A stretch of DNA of 64,000 nt from an uncultured Pelagibacteraceae bacterium (GTDB lineage: Bacteria; Pseudomonadota; Alphaproteobacteria; Pelagibacterales; Pelagibacteraceae): assembly GCA_902530885.1 (NCBI GenBank), contig CACABZ010000002.1, positions 2,692 to 66,691 of the forward strand, in the 5' to 3' direction. The notes beneath the pieces were generated by a model. It did no database searches. It had not been told where the DNA came from and worked only from the letters and a program-made list of their open reading frames with translations. Shown here piece after piece: positions 42,861 to 53,214 of this stretch. Position numbers and translations under genes: made by a program. Each line of letters starts with the position of its first letter. Within the stretch, counting starts at the first letter, position 1.

Positions 42861-44465
42861 TTACATATTTCCGTACTTAGGACCACCACCCTCAGGGGTA
42901 ACCCAAATAATGTTTTGGGAAGGTTCTTTAATATCGCAAGTTTTGCAATGGATGCAATTTTGTGAATTAATTACGAACTTTTTCTGCTGAATTTCGTAAA
43001 CACCGACAGGACAATATCTTTTAGCCGGTTCATCGTACTTTTGAAGAGTGTATTTAATTGGTAATTCTGGGTCTTTAAGCTTTAAATGCACAGGTTGATT
43101 TTCGGTATGGTTAGTTCCAGTAAGATAAACTGAACTCGTTTTGTCAAAAGTTAATTTGCCATCAGGTTTTGGATAATCAATCTTAGGCATTTGATCTGCA
43201 GGTTTTAAGGCTTCATGATCAGCATGTTTATGTTTTAAAGTAAATGGTAGCTTTCCTCTAAAAAGTATCTGGTCAATACCTGTAAAAATAACACCCATTA
43301 TTAAACCCCAACCAAAACTTGGTTTAACATTTCTTGCTGCATATAACTCTTTGTAAGCCCAACTTTCTTTGAATTTTTTTTCATATATAGATAGATCTAC
43401 TTTATTTTTAATATGCTCTATAATTGTTTCAGCCGCAATTATTCCACTTTTCATTGCTGTATGAGAGCCTTTAATCTTTGGCATATTCAAAGTTCCAGCA
43501 TCACAACCGATTAGCAATGCTCCAGCCATATACATTTTGGGGAGGCTTTGAATACCACCTTCTATTAAAGCTCTTGCTCCAAAAGAAATTCTTTTACCTC
43601 CCTCAAACATTTTTCTAATTGATGGATGCGTTTTAAATCTCTGGAATTCATCAAAAGGTGAAAGATGTGGGTTTTGGTAATCTAAACCAATTACGTATCC
43701 TAAATAAATTTGTCTATTTTCCGCGTGGTATATAAAGCTTCCTCCATAAGTATTTTTATCTAATGGCCATCCCGCGGTATGCATTACTAAACCTTCTTGA
43801 TGCTGCTCTTCACTAACTTCCCATATTTCTTTTAAACCAATACCGTACTGCTGTGGATTTTTTCCCTTATCTAAATTAAATTTTTTAATTAATTGTTTGC
43901 CTAAGTGGCCTCTACATCCTTCTGAAAAAACTGTAACTTTAGCATGCAAATCCATACCTTCTTGAAAAGTATCTTTTTTATTACCCTCTTTATCTAAACC
44001 CATATCCTGTGTTGCTACACCTTTTACAGACCCATCTTCATTATATAAAACTTCACTTGCTGGAAATCCTGGAAATATCTCTACACCAAGTTTTTCAGCC
44101 TGTTCTGCAAGCCAACGGCAAAGATTAGCTAAACTAATAATGTAATTTTTATGATTTTTTTGAACAGCTGGTAAAAGCCATGTCGGCCAACTTAAAGATG
44201 AATTTTTTCCAAGAAATAAAAATTTCTCTTTACTTACTTTTGTTTTAATTGGTGCATTTTCATTTTTCCAATTAGGCAATAATTCATCAAGCGCCTGTGT
44301 TTCAAAAACGTTACCACTTAAAATATGAGCGCCAACTTCAGATCCTTTTTCAAGAATACAAACGCTTAAATTTGAATCAAGTTGTTTAAGTTTTATTGCA
44401 GCAGTTAAGCCTGCTGGTCCTGCACCAACAATAACCACATCATATTCCATTGCTTCTCTAGCCAT
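42861..44465 (-). CDS. Electron transfer flavoprotein-ubiquinone oxidoreductase
   Basis: EKGSEVGAHILSG, PKIKGSHTAMKSG, NCIHCKTCDIKEPSQNI.W..PEGGGP. Confidence 0.96.
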   Translation of the reverse strand: MAREAMEYDVVIVGAGPAGLTAAIKLKQLDSNLSVCILEKGSEVGAHILSGNVFETQALDELLPNWKNENAPIKTKVSKEKFLFLGKNSSLSWPTWLLPAVQKNHKNYIISLANLCRWLAEQAEKLGVEIFPGFPASEVLYNEDGSVKGVATQDMGLDKEGNKKDTFQEGMDLHAKVTVFSEGCRGHLGKQLIKKFNLDKGKNPQQYGIGLKEIWEVSEEQHQEGLVMHTAGWPLDKNTYGGSFIYHAENRQIYLGYVIGLDYQNPHLSPFDEFQRFKTHPSIRKMFEGGKRISFGARALIEGGIQSLPKMYMAGALLIGCDAGTLNMPKIKGSHTAMKSGIIAAETIIEHIKNKVDLSIYEKKFKESWAYKELYAARNVKPSFGWGLIMGVIFTGIDQILFRGKLPFTLKHKHADHEALKPADQMPKIDYPKPDGKLTFDKTSSVYLTGTNHTENQPVHLKLKDPELPIKYTLQKYDEPAKRYCPVGVYEIQQKKFVINSQNCIHCKTCDIKEPSQNIIWVTPEGGGPKYGNM

Positions 44466-44486
44466 GAAATTACTATATCAAACTAT

Positions 44487-45440
44487 TTATTTTTGGATAG
44501 TATTCAGTTTGTTCAACTCAGCCAAAAATTCTGGAAGAGCCTTAAATAAATCTGCCTCTAAACCGTAGTCAGCAACACTAAAAATAGGTGCTTCACCATC
44601 TTTATTAATTGCGACAATTATTTTGCTCTCTTTCATACCAGCAAGATGTTGAATTGCTCCTGAAATCCCAACGGCGATATACAAATCAGGCACCACTACT
44701 TTTCCTGTTTGACCAACCTGATGATCGTTGCTTATATAACCAGCATCAACAGCAGCTCGAGATGCACCCACTGCAGCATTAAGTTTATCTGCTATATCAG
44801 TAATTAATTTAAAATTTTCTCCGCTTTCTAAACCTCTGCCTCCTGATACAACAACTCTTGCTGTTCCAAGCTCCGGTCTTTCTGATTTTGTTTCCTCTCT
44901 TTTAATAAATTTTGAAATATTTGGTACTTCAACCGCTTCAATTTTTTCAATTTTAGCAGAGCCACCAGTTTTTTCAGCTGGTTCAAATGAAGTAGGTCTA
45001 ATAGTTACACATTTCTTTTTATCATTACTTTTCACTGTCGCAAAAGCATTACCGGCATAAATAGGTCTTACAAAAGTATCAGGACTAGAAACTTTAATAA
45101 TATCACTCACTTGAGAAATATCTAATACAGCTGCTACTCTTGGCATAAAATTTTTTCCAAATGTATTTGCAGATGCTACAATGTGATCATATTTTTCTGC
45201 AGTCTTTGTTACTAAAGGCGCTAAATTTTCAGGTAGATAATTTTGATAATTAGGTGAGTCACACCATAAAACTTTTTTAACAAGCGGTACACTTGACACT
45301 TCTTTTGCAACATTTTCACAATTTGCACCAGCTACCAAAACATGAACATCACCATCAATTTCTGATGCAGCTGTAATTGCATTTAGAGTAAATGGTTTTA
45401 ATTTAGAATTATCATGCTCTGCAATTAATAATACTGACAT
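44487..45440 (-). CDS. etfA: Electron transfer flavoprotein alpha subunit
   Basis: GASRAAVDAG, QVGQTGK, GISGAIQHLAGM. Confidence 0.97.
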   Translation of the reverse strand: MSVLLIAEHDNSKLKPFTLNAITAASEIDGDVHVLVAGANCENVAKEVSSVPLVKKVLWCDSPNYQNYLPENLAPLVTKTAEKYDHIVASANTFGKNFMPRVAAVLDISQVSDIIKVSSPDTFVRPIYAGNAFATVKSNDKKKCVTIRPTSFEPAEKTGGSAKIEKIEAVEVPNISKFIKREETKSERPELGTARVVVSGGRGLESGENFKLITDIADKLNAAVGASRAAVDAGYISNDHQVGQTGKVVVPDLYIAVGISGAIQHLAGMKESKIIVAINKDGEAPIFSVADYGLEADLFKALPEFLAELNKLNTIQK

Positions 45441-46189
45441 TATAATACCTTAGCCTCATTTTTAAGTTTACTTACTAATTCAGCAACGTTTGCAACTTTA
45501 ATCCCAGCTTTCCTTTTTGGTGGCTCCTCCACTTTAATCTGTTGAATTCTATTTGTGAGATCTAAGCCTAAATCCTTTGCATTTATTTGTTCCATTGGTT
45601 TCTTTTTTGCTTTCATAATGTTTGGAAGAGACGCAAACCTTGGTTCATTTAATCTTAAATCACAAGAAACCACAGCTGGTAAATTGACTTCTATTGTCTC
45701 AAGTCCTTCATCTATTTCTCTTGTTATTTCTACAGATTTATCTTTTAAATTCACTTTAGAAGTAAAAGTAGCTTGAGGCCAATTTAGCATCGCAGCTAAC
45801 ATTTGACCAGTTTGATTACAATCATCATCGATTGCCTGTTTACCCAAGAAAACCATATCTGGTTTTTCTTTTTCTACAATATTTTTTAATATTTTTGCTA
45901 TACCTAATGGCTCTATATAACTTTCTGCTTTAACATGGATACCTTTGTCTGCCCCTATTGCTAATGCTTTTCTAATTGTTTCTTGTGCTTTATCCTCGCC
46001 AATTGAGATAGCGATCACCTCTTTTACTTTACCGGACTCTTTTAGCTTTACTGACTCTTCAACTGCATTATCATCTGGTGGATTAGTTGACATCTTAACA
46101 TTGTCGGTATGCACACCTGATCCGTCTTCCTTAACTCTAATTTGAACGTTGTAATCAATCACTCTTTTTACTGCTACAAGAATTTTCAT
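45440..46189 (-). CDS. etfB: Electron transfer flavoprotein beta subunit
   Basis: [39 protein letters not shown]. Confidence 0.97.
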   Translation of the reverse strand: MKILVAVKRVIDYNVQIRVKEDGSGVHTDNVKMSTNPPDDNAVEESVKLKESGKVKEVIAISIGEDKAQETIRKALAIGADKGIHVKAESYIEPLGIAKILKNIVEKEKPDMVFLGKQAIDDDCNQTGQMLAAMLNWPQATFTSKVNLKDKSVEITREIDEGLETIEVNLPAVVSCDLRLNEPRFASLPNIMKAKKKPMEQINAKDLGLDLTNRIQQIKVEEPPKRKAGIKVANVAELVSKLKNEAKVL

Positions 46190-48622
46190 TTAGGCTCTAA
46201 GTAATTTATTTTCAGTATCATAAGGAGAATCTTCAACGATCGAAGCTTCATGCATTTTACCAAGAATATCAATTTTTAATTTTTTACCAACTTTAGCTAA
46301 TTCAGGCTTTACCATCCCTAAAGCGATTGATTTGTTTAATCTAAATCCAAAATCACCACCAGTTGCTCGACCAACGACTGACCCATTATCATAAATAGGA
46401 TTGTTTCCTAATACATCGGCATCTGTAACACCATGAATCTCCATAGTTACTAATTTATTTGAAAAGCCTTTTGCTCTCCATTTGTCTAATGCCGCACGAC
46501 CAATAAAATCTCCTTTATTAGGATGAATAAACCTATCTAAACCAGATTCGTATGGAGAGTATTCAATTGACAATTCTGTTCCTACAAGTTTGTAAGATTT
46601 CTCTAATCTTAAACTATTCATCGCTCTGATGCCGTAAGGTTTTATACCAAATTCTTTTCCAGCCTCCATAAGCTGATCAAATATATGATTTTGGTATTCA
46701 ATTGGGTGATGTAACTCCCAACCTAATTCACCAACAAAGTTAACTCTCATTGCGTTACAAGGCGCTAAACCAATATTTATGTTTTGAGCACTTAACCATT
46801 TAAATCGCTCGTTAGAAAAATCTGATCGTGATACTTTCTGCATAAGTTGTCTAGCTTTTGGTCCGGTAACAACTAGAACTCCCATACTATTTGTTAAATT
46901 TTCATACTGTACTGTTCCATCTTCAGGCATCCACTTATGTATCCAATCATGATCAAGTCTTTGGTAGGCACCTGCTGAAACTAAATAAAAACTATCTTCC
47001 GCTTCTCTCATAATTGTAAATTCTGAGTGAACGCCACCTTTTGTATTTAAAGCATGACAAAGATTTATTCTTCCTATTTTTTTTGGCAATTTGTTAGCGA
47101 CTAGTTTATCTAAAAATTCCTCTGCTCCTGGCCCTTTAATTCTACATTTTCCAAATGCAGTCATATCAAGTAATCCCACATTCTCTTTTACATTTTTACA
47201 TTCTCGCTCCACATTTTTAAACCACTTGGATCTTCTAAAAGACCAATCGTCGTCTTGTTTTTCTCCTTTGTCTGCAAAAAAGTTAGCTCGCTCCCAACCA
47301 AATTTTGATCCAAAAACTGCTCCTAGCTTTTTTAATCTATCATAACAAGGAGCTTGCCTTAGAGGTCGACCAGCTTCACGTTCTTCATCAGGATAATGAA
47401 CAGTAAATACATTAGCGTAAGCTTCCTCATTTTTAGCTTTTAAATAAGATTTTGTAACGTATGCACCATATCTTCTTGGTTCAACGCCTAACATATCTAT
47501 TGTTGGTTCTCCATCTATTATCCACTCAGCTAATTGCCATCCAGCTCCACCTGCTGCTGTAATACCAAAACTATGTCCTTCATTAATCCAAAAGTTTTTT
47601 AAACCCCAAGCAGGTCCAACAATTGGATTTCCATCTGGAGTATAAGCAATTGCTCCGTTGTAAACTTTTTTTACTCCGACTTCACCGAATGCTGGCACTC
47701 TTTTAATTGCTCCTTCTATATGTGGAGCTAATCTGTCTAAATCTTCTTGAAATAATTCATACTCACTATCTTTTGAAGGTCCATCTACATAACAACATGG
47801 TGCTCCTTTTTCATAAGGACCAAGTAATAATCCTCCTGCTTCCTCTCTCATGTACCAAGAGTTATCACTATCTCTTAAAACTCCCATTTCTGGTTTACCT
47901 TCTTTTTTTCTTTTTTGAATTTCTGGATGTGGCTCAGTAACAATATATTGATGTTCAACCGGCATAACTGGAACTTCTAATCCTACCATTCTTCCAGTTT
48001 GTCTTGCAAAATTACCACTGCAGGAAACAACATGTTCGCAAGTTATATCTCCTTTATCTGTCTGAACTACCCAGCCTTCTTTTGTTTGCTTAATTCCTGA
48101 TACCGTTGTGTTTCTGTAAATTTCTGCACCATGATTTCTTGCACCGGTTGCCATAGCTTGAGTTAAATCTGCTGGTTGAATATATCCATCTTCTGGATGT
48201 TGTATCGCTCCAACCAACCCTTCAATATTACACAATGGCCAAATCTCTTTTACTTGCTCAGGTTTTAAAAATTTTACGTCGACGCCAATTGTTTTAGCAA
48301 CCCCAGCATATTGGTGATACTCATCCATCCTATCTTGAGTTTGAGCTAAACGTATATTAGAGACAACACTGAATCCAACGTTCTTTCCAGTTTCTTTTTC
48401 TAAAGATTTATAAAGTTGAACTGCGTACCTGTGAAGTTGTCCTACAGAATAACTCATATTAAATAAAGGCAACAAACCAGCTGCGTGCCAAGTAGACCCA
48501 GATGTAAGTTCTTTTCGTTCAATAAGAACTACGTCAGACCATCCCTTTTTAGCTAAATGATAAAGCGTGCTAACGCCTACAACACCACCTCCAACAACAA
48601 CAACTTTAGCATTTGATTTCAT
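46190..48622 (-). CDS. Dimethylglycine/sarcosine dehydrogenase-like flavoprotein (DAO plus GcvT domains)
   Basis: LTSGSTWHAAG, YTPDG.P, GWERAN.F, FVGELGWELH, SLRLEK; co-transcribed with etfBA. Confidence 0.88.
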   Translation of the reverse strand: MKSNAKVVVVGGGVVGVSTLYHLAKKGWSDVVLIERKELTSGSTWHAAGLLPLFNMSYSVGQLHRYAVQLYKSLEKETGKNVGFSVVSNIRLAQTQDRMDEYHQYAGVAKTIGVDVKFLKPEQVKEIWPLCNIEGLVGAIQHPEDGYIQPADLTQAMATGARNHGAEIYRNTTVSGIKQTKEGWVVQTDKGDITCEHVVSCSGNFARQTGRMVGLEVPVMPVEHQYIVTEPHPEIQKRKKEGKPEMGVLRDSDNSWYMREEAGGLLLGPYEKGAPCCYVDGPSKDSEYELFQEDLDRLAPHIEGAIKRVPAFGEVGVKKVYNGAIAYTPDGNPIVGPAWGLKNFWINEGHSFGITAAGGAGWQLAEWIIDGEPTIDMLGVEPRRYGAYVTKSYLKAKNEEAYANVFTVHYPDEEREAGRPLRQAPCYDRLKKLGAVFGSKFGWERANFFADKGEKQDDDWSFRRSKWFKNVERECKNVKENVGLLDMTAFGKCRIKGPGAEEFLDKLVANKLPKKIGRINLCHALNTKGGVHSEFTIMREAEDSFYLVSAGAYQRLDHDWIHKWMPEDGTVQYENLTNSMGVLVVTGPKARQLMQKVSRSDFSNERFKWLSAQNINIGLAPCNAMRVNFVGELGWELHHPIEYQNHIFDQLMEAGKEFGIKPYGIRAMNSLRLEKSYKLVGTELSIEYSPYESGLDRFIHPNKGDFIGRAALDKWRAKGFSNKLVTMEIHGVTDADVLGNNPIYDNGSVVGRATGGDFGFRLNKSIALGMVKPELAKVGKKLKIDILGKMHEASIVEDSPYDTENKLLRA

Positions 48623-48686
48623 AGAATTAAGATAAATATTATTTTGAAGTCATTTAGACGTCAAGTAAATCTAGCTAATCAAAAAG

Positions 48687-49982
48687 TTATGCAGCTAAAG
48701 CTTGTTCAATATCAGCAATAATATCGTCAGGATGCTCTATACCTATGGACAATCTGACGTACCCTGGTGTTACCCCGGCTTCTTGAAGTTGTTTTTCATT
48801 AAGCTGACTATGAGTTGTAGATGCTGGATGGATCGCTAAACTTCTAGCATCTCCAATATTAGCTACATGATATAGTAATTTTAAATTATCTATAAACTTA
48901 GCTCCCGCTTCTTTAGAACCCAAATCCATACCTACCAGAGAACCATAACCACCGTTCATGTATCTTTTTGCTCTTTCTCTTATCTCGCCTTGGTGATTAG
49001 TTGGATAGATTACATTTTTTACTTTTTTTTGTGATTCTAAAAACTTAACAACTTTTTCTGCGTTAGCACAGTGCTGTTTCATTCTCAAAGCCACAGTTTC
49101 CAAACCTTGAATAATTTGGAATGCATTGAAAGGTGATAAAGGAGCACCTAGGTCACGTAAAAGCACGACACGAGCTCTTACAGCAAAAGCAACATTTGCT
49201 CCAGTCATCTTTGGAACATCTCTCCCCCAAATTGCACCATTGTAACTTGGATCAGGAGTATTGTACAAAGGTTGTCTCTTTGGATCTTTTACCCAATCAA
49301 AAGTTCCTCCATCAACAATTATTCCTCCAATAGAAGTACCATGACCCGCAATATATTTTGTTAATGAATGCATAACAACAGCTGCACCATGTTCTAATGG
49401 TTTACAAATCACTGGCGCTGCAGTGTTATCAATTATAAGTGGAACACCATGTTTTTTTCCAATATCAGCAACTTCTTTAATTGGAAATACTCTCAAATAA
49501 GGATTTGGACAAGACTCACCATAGTAAGCTCTTGTTTTTTCGTCAGTAAGTTTTTCAAAGTTTTTTGGATCAGATGGATCTGCAAATCTAACTTCTATAC
49601 CTTGCATTCTTAAAGTATTCTTAAATAAATTTACTGTTCCACCGTATAAATCTGTAGACGAAACTATATTATCTCCTGCTTGTGCAACATTCTGAACACA
49701 AAAAGCGGAAGCGGCTTGACCTGAACCAACTGCCACTGCAGCCATTCCACCTTCTAATGCCGCAACTCTTTTTTCTAATACGTCACAAGTTGGATTATTA
49801 ATTCTTGTATATATATTTCCAAATTCTTTCAAACCAAATAAGTTTGCGGCAGTTTTTGCATCCTTAAATTGATAGGATGTGGTTTGATATATTGGTACCG
49901 CTACAGATGTAGTTGCTGGATCGCTTCTGTAGTCACCTCCATGCAAACCTATTGTTTCTGGATGTTTAATTTTTTTTGTCAT
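48687..49982 (-). CDS. metY: O-acetylhomoserine aminocarboxypropyltransferase (sulfhydrylase)
   Basis: PIYQTTSY, GNIYTRI.NPT, HSLTKYIAGHG (PLP Lys), NIGDARSL.IHPASTTH.QL. Confidence 0.94.
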   Translation of the reverse strand: MTKKIKHPETIGLHGGDYRSDPATTSVAVPIYQTTSYQFKDAKTAANLFGLKEFGNIYTRINNPTCDVLEKRVAALEGGMAAVAVGSGQAASAFCVQNVAQAGDNIVSSTDLYGGTVNLFKNTLRMQGIEVRFADPSDPKNFEKLTDEKTRAYYGESCPNPYLRVFPIKEVADIGKKHGVPLIIDNTAAPVICKPLEHGAAVVMHSLTKYIAGHGTSIGGIIVDGGTFDWVKDPKRQPLYNTPDPSYNGAIWGRDVPKMTGANVAFAVRARVVLLRDLGAPLSPFNAFQIIQGLETVALRMKQHCANAEKVVKFLESQKKVKNVIYPTNHQGEIRERAKRYMNGGYGSLVGMDLGSKEAGAKFIDNLKLLYHVANIGDARSLAIHPASTTHSQLNEKQLQEAGVTPGYVRLSIGIEHPDDIIADIEQALAA

Positions 49983-49989
49983 TTTATCT

Positions 49990-50046
49990 CTCCTTTTTTA
50001 GTACTTAAGCAAAATGCTAGGTGTACAATACAGTTCAAATACCCGG
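49990..50046 (-). promoter_or_regulatory. SAM-V riboswitch (translational)
   Basis: GGTATTTGAACTGTATTGTACACC..GC..GC..AAGTACTAAAAAAGGAG ending on the metY SD; matches the SAM-V pattern as recalled. Confidence 0.88.
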
Positions 50047-50058
50047 TTTTAATTTTGT

Positions 50059-50088
50059 AAAAAAAAACCACCGGCTAAAGCGGTGGTC
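50059..50088 (-). terminator. Intrinsic terminator between the two SAM aptamers
   Basis: ACCACCG-CTTTAGC-CGGTGGT followed by a long T run. Confidence 0.9.
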
Positions 50089-50098
50089 AAAGACTTGA

Positions 50099-50148
50099 CG
50101 CTTTAGCTGGATTTATTAAGCGCCCGCAATTTGTATTAACTCGGCGCT
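50099..50148 (-). promoter_or_regulatory. SAM-II riboswitch aptamer (transcriptional)
   Basis: AGCGCCGAGTTAATACAAATTGCGGGCGCTTAATAAATCCAGCTAAAG: P1 AGCGCC/GGCGCT, TTGC and ATAAAT..AGCTAAA; TTGACT-N18-TATAGT promoter just upstream. Confidence 0.85.
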
Positions 50149-50189
50149 ATTCAATAACTATATCAACTTTAATGATCACTAGTCAATGA

Positions 50190-50588
50190 CTAATTCTTCA
50201 TTGTTTTAAGCTCTAAAACGTTACCGTGGGGATCCTCTATGAAAAATGTTTCTTGTTCTTCTTTTTGACCCTTAAATCTTGTGTAAGGGTCATCTAAATA
50301 TTTAACTTTGTCATGTGATTCTATATTGCTTTTTATTTTTGCAAATACCTCAGGATTTAAATGCACGCCAAAATGAGGGACAGGAACTTTACCCATATCA
50401 ACATCATGTCGTTCTCTAGGAAGTTTCGTTTCAGTCTTATGAAGGGTAAGTTCATTACCCCAGAAATCTACATCTATCCACTTACCTTCTTCTCCATTAC
50501 CCAATTTGCATCCAAGGATATTTTTATAAAAATCTATAGCAGTATCCAAGTTTCCTGCTGGTATAGCTAGATGAAAAGGTTTGCTCAT
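50190..50588 (-). CDS. VOC/glyoxalase family protein
   Basis: PFHLAIP, W.DVDFWGN, VPVPHFG, EQETFF..DP.GN.LELK. Confidence 0.88.
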   Translation of the reverse strand: MSKPFHLAIPAGNLDTAIDFYKNILGCKLGNGEEGKWIDVDFWGNELTLHKTETKLPRERHDVDMGKVPVPHFGVHLNPEVFAKIKSNIESHDKVKYLDDPYTRFKGQKEEQETFFIEDPHGNVLELKTMKN

Positions 50589-50645
50589 GATTTAAGCGTT
50601 ATAAATAATTCTTTAAATTTTTCAAGTAGTCATTATATACATATT

Positions 50646-51224
50646 ATGAATGATTATTTAGAATCTATAAAATCGAGAGATCCTGCGGCAAAATCTATAC
50701 TGAGTATCATTCTCACATACCCAGGCGTTAAAGCAGTATTGTTTCACAAGATTGCAAACTTTTTTTTTGTAGCTGGATTTGATTTGATTGCTAGAATTAT
50801 TTCTCAAACAGCGAGATTTTTTACAGGGATAGAAATTCATCCAGGAGCAAAAATAGGAAAAAATTTATTTATAGATCACGGAATGGGAGTTGTAATAGGA
50901 GAAACTTCTGAAATAGGAGACAACGTAACAATTTATCATGCGGTTACTTTAGGAGGTATATCTCCTAGCATTGATAGCGAAAGGCAAAGACACGAAAAAA
51001 GACATCCATCAATTGGAAATGATGTTGTAATAGGTTCAGGCGCTCAAATTTTAGGACCAGTTAAAATTGGGAATAATTCTAGAGTCGCTGCTAACGCAGT
51101 AGTAGTTAATGATGTTAAAGAAAATGCAACCGTAATTGGCATACCTGCTAAAGAAATCAAAGTTGGAAATAAAGGCACATTCAAACCTTATGGTGTCGAT
51201 GATAAAGTTAAAGATGAAAAATAA
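50646..51224 (+). CDS. cysE: Serine O-acetyltransferase
   Basis: [33 protein letters not shown]; start corrected to ATG 50646. Confidence 0.94.
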   Translation: MNDYLESIKSRDPAAKSILSIILTYPGVKAVLFHKIANFFFVAGFDLIARIISQTARFFTGIEIHPGAKIGKNLFIDHGMGVVIGETSEIGDNVTIYHAVTLGGISPSIDSERQRHEKRHPSIGNDVVIGSGAQILGPVKIGNNSRVAANAVVVNDVKENATVIGIPAKEIKVGNKGTFKPYGVDDKVKDEK

Positions 51225-51591
51225 AGATTGGGACGCCGACTTAACTCCAGAACAAAATTATATTTTAAAACAAGAAGGCACGGAGCCTCCAGGATCGAGC
51301 CCATTAAATAATGAAAAAAGAGAAGGCGCTTATCATTGTGCTGGTTGTGGTATAAAACTATTTGACTCCGGCATGAAATTTGACAGTGGAACTGGATGGC
51401 CATCATTTTTTAAATCTCTTCCAGATGTATTTGAAACAAAAACTGACAATCTTATTGGTTATCCAAGAACTGAATATCACTGCAAGAACTGTAAAGGACA
51501 TCACGGACATTTGTTTGATGACGGACCAAAACCCACTGGTAAAAGATATTGTAATAACGGAACATGTTTAGTTTTTAAACCTAAAGAATGA
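51214..51591 (+). CDS. msrB: Peptide-methionine (R)-S-oxide reductase
   Basis: GTE, CxxC x2, [24 protein letters not shown]; start corrected to ATG 51214. Confidence 0.95.
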   Translation: MKNKDWDADLTPEQNYILKQEGTEPPGSSPLNNEKREGAYHCAGCGIKLFDSGMKFDSGTGWPSFFKSLPDVFETKTDNLIGYPRTEYHCKNCKGHHGHLFDDGPKPTGKRYCNNGTCLVFKPKE

Positions 51592-52139
51592 AAAAGATTT
51601 TTTGCTTATTAATATTTTTTCAATTATTAAACTTTCAAAGTCTAATCGCTAAAGATTTATGGGCCGAGGCAAAAGAAGGGGATAAAATAATATTAATTAG
51701 GCACGCACTAGCTCCAGGAGGTGGAGATCCTAAAGGATTTAATATTAATGATTGCAAGACACAAAGAAACTTAAATAAGGTTGGAATTGAGCAATCAAAA
51801 GCTATAGGGAAACTATTTAAAAAAAACAAAATTCCTGTAGATAAAGTTTTAAGTAGTCAATGGTGTAGATGTAAAGATACTGCAAAATACGCGTTTAAAA
51901 ATTATTTTGAGTTTTCTGCTTTAAACTCAACCTTCCAGCCATCATTTGCAAAAAATGAACCGAAACAACTTAAGCAGCTTCGAACATTTATTAATAACTG
52001 GGATGGCGATGGTGGTAACTTAGTTTTAATAACCCATTATAGTATAATAACAGCTATTACTGATACAGTTCCTAGTTCAGGAGAAATAGTAATTACAGAC
52101 AAAAAATTTAATGTGCTAAGCACAATTCCAACAGACTAA
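51588..52139 (+). CDS. Histidine phosphatase family protein (secreted)
   Basis: LIRHA, C.TQRNL, SSQWCRC.DTA, LITH. Confidence 0.88.
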   Translation: MKKIFCLLIFFQLLNFQSLIAKDLWAEAKEGDKIILIRHALAPGGGDPKGFNINDCKTQRNLNKVGIEQSKAIGKLFKKNKIPVDKVLSSQWCRCKDTAKYAFKNYFEFSALNSTFQPSFAKNEPKQLKQLRTFINNWDGDGGNLVLITHYSIITAITDTVPSSGEIVITDKKFNVLSTIPTD

Positions 52140-52477
52140 AAAAAAACAAAATACACAATAAAGGCAATTAACGCATACTCAAACACAGTTTTAATTTTTA
52201 TAAGATTTTCTTGTCCTATTCTTTTGCTAAAATAATTAGATAAAAAGAAAAAACTCAAATGTACAATGATTACAGCTATAGCAATACCAATTAATGTAGC
52301 CTTAAATGAAAAGTTTTTGTAACCAAAATAACAAGCTGCAATGAAAGTAAACCAAGATACTTTTGAAATAAAAATTTTGAATAATAACGCGGTTTTGTTA
52401 CTAAAAATTGATTGAGTTTTAATAAATGAGTAGGACCATATTAACCCTAGTAAAAAACTTATGTATTTAATAATCAT
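52136..52477 (-). CDS. Hypothetical membrane protein
   Basis: 113-aa hydrophobic ORF filling the gap. Confidence 0.65.
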   Translation of the reverse strand: MIIKYISFLLGLIWSYSFIKTQSIFSNKTALLFKIFISKVSWFTFIAACYFGYKNFSFKATLIGIAIAVIIVHLSFFFLSNYFSKRIGQENLIKIKTVFEYALIAFIVYFVFF

Positions 52478-52500
52478 TATGATAATTGTATCATTAATTT

Positions 52501-53214
52501 ATGTTAATTAAATCATTCTTAGCTTTTGGCGCTGGTTTTATAAGCTTCTTAACTCCTTGTGTTTTACCTATAATACCTGGTTACATATCTTACATTACAG
52601 GAAAAAAACTTGATGAAATAGATAAGGATAAAAAGATTGTTTTAATCAAAACAATTATTTTTACTTTAGGATTTTCTTTTGTTTTCATTAGCCTAGGAAT
52701 GGCCGCATCATTTCTAGGGAATGTATTAATCTTTTTTGGTAAAGAACTTAGGATAGCCGCTGGTATTATAATTATTTTATTTTCTCTTAATTTTATAGGT
52801 ATTTTAAATTTTAATTTTCTTAATCAAGATAAGAAAATAGATACCGGAAATTATAAAGATAATTTTGTTTTTCCTTTTGTTGTAGGCGCTGCGTTTGCTT
52901 TTGGATGGACGCCTTGTATAGGTCCTGTATTAGGTTCAATTTTAGCTTTGTCAGCTACTGAAACAACTATAGTAAGTGGAGTAATATTACTTTCTTTTTA
53001 CTCTCTTGGGCTTGCAATACCTTTTATACTTTCTGGTTATTATATGACGATTTTTCTAAACTCTAAAAAAGGGTTTGGTAAACACTACTCAAAAGTTAAA
53101 ACAGGCGGTGGAGTAATTTTGTTGATCACTGGTATTTTAATACTTACAAATTCAATACAGGTTATAAGCTATTATATTTTGACAACTTTTCCTTTTCTAA
53201 CTAAGCTTGGTTAA
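52501..53214 (+). CDS. ccdA: Cytochrome c biogenesis protein CcdA
   Basis: SFLTPCVLPIIP, FGWTPCIGPVL, YSLGLAIPF. Confidence 0.93.
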   Translation: MLIKSFLAFGAGFISFLTPCVLPIIPGYISYITGKKLDEIDKDKKIVLIKTIIFTLGFSFVFISLGMAASFLGNVLIFFGKELRIAAGIIIILFSLNFIGILNFNFLNQDKKIDTGNYKDNFVFPFVVGAAFAFGWTPCIGPVLGSILALSATETTIVSGVILLSFYSLGLAIPFILSGYYMTIFLNSKKGFGKHYSKVKTGGGVILLITGILILTNSIQVISYYILTTFPFLTKLG

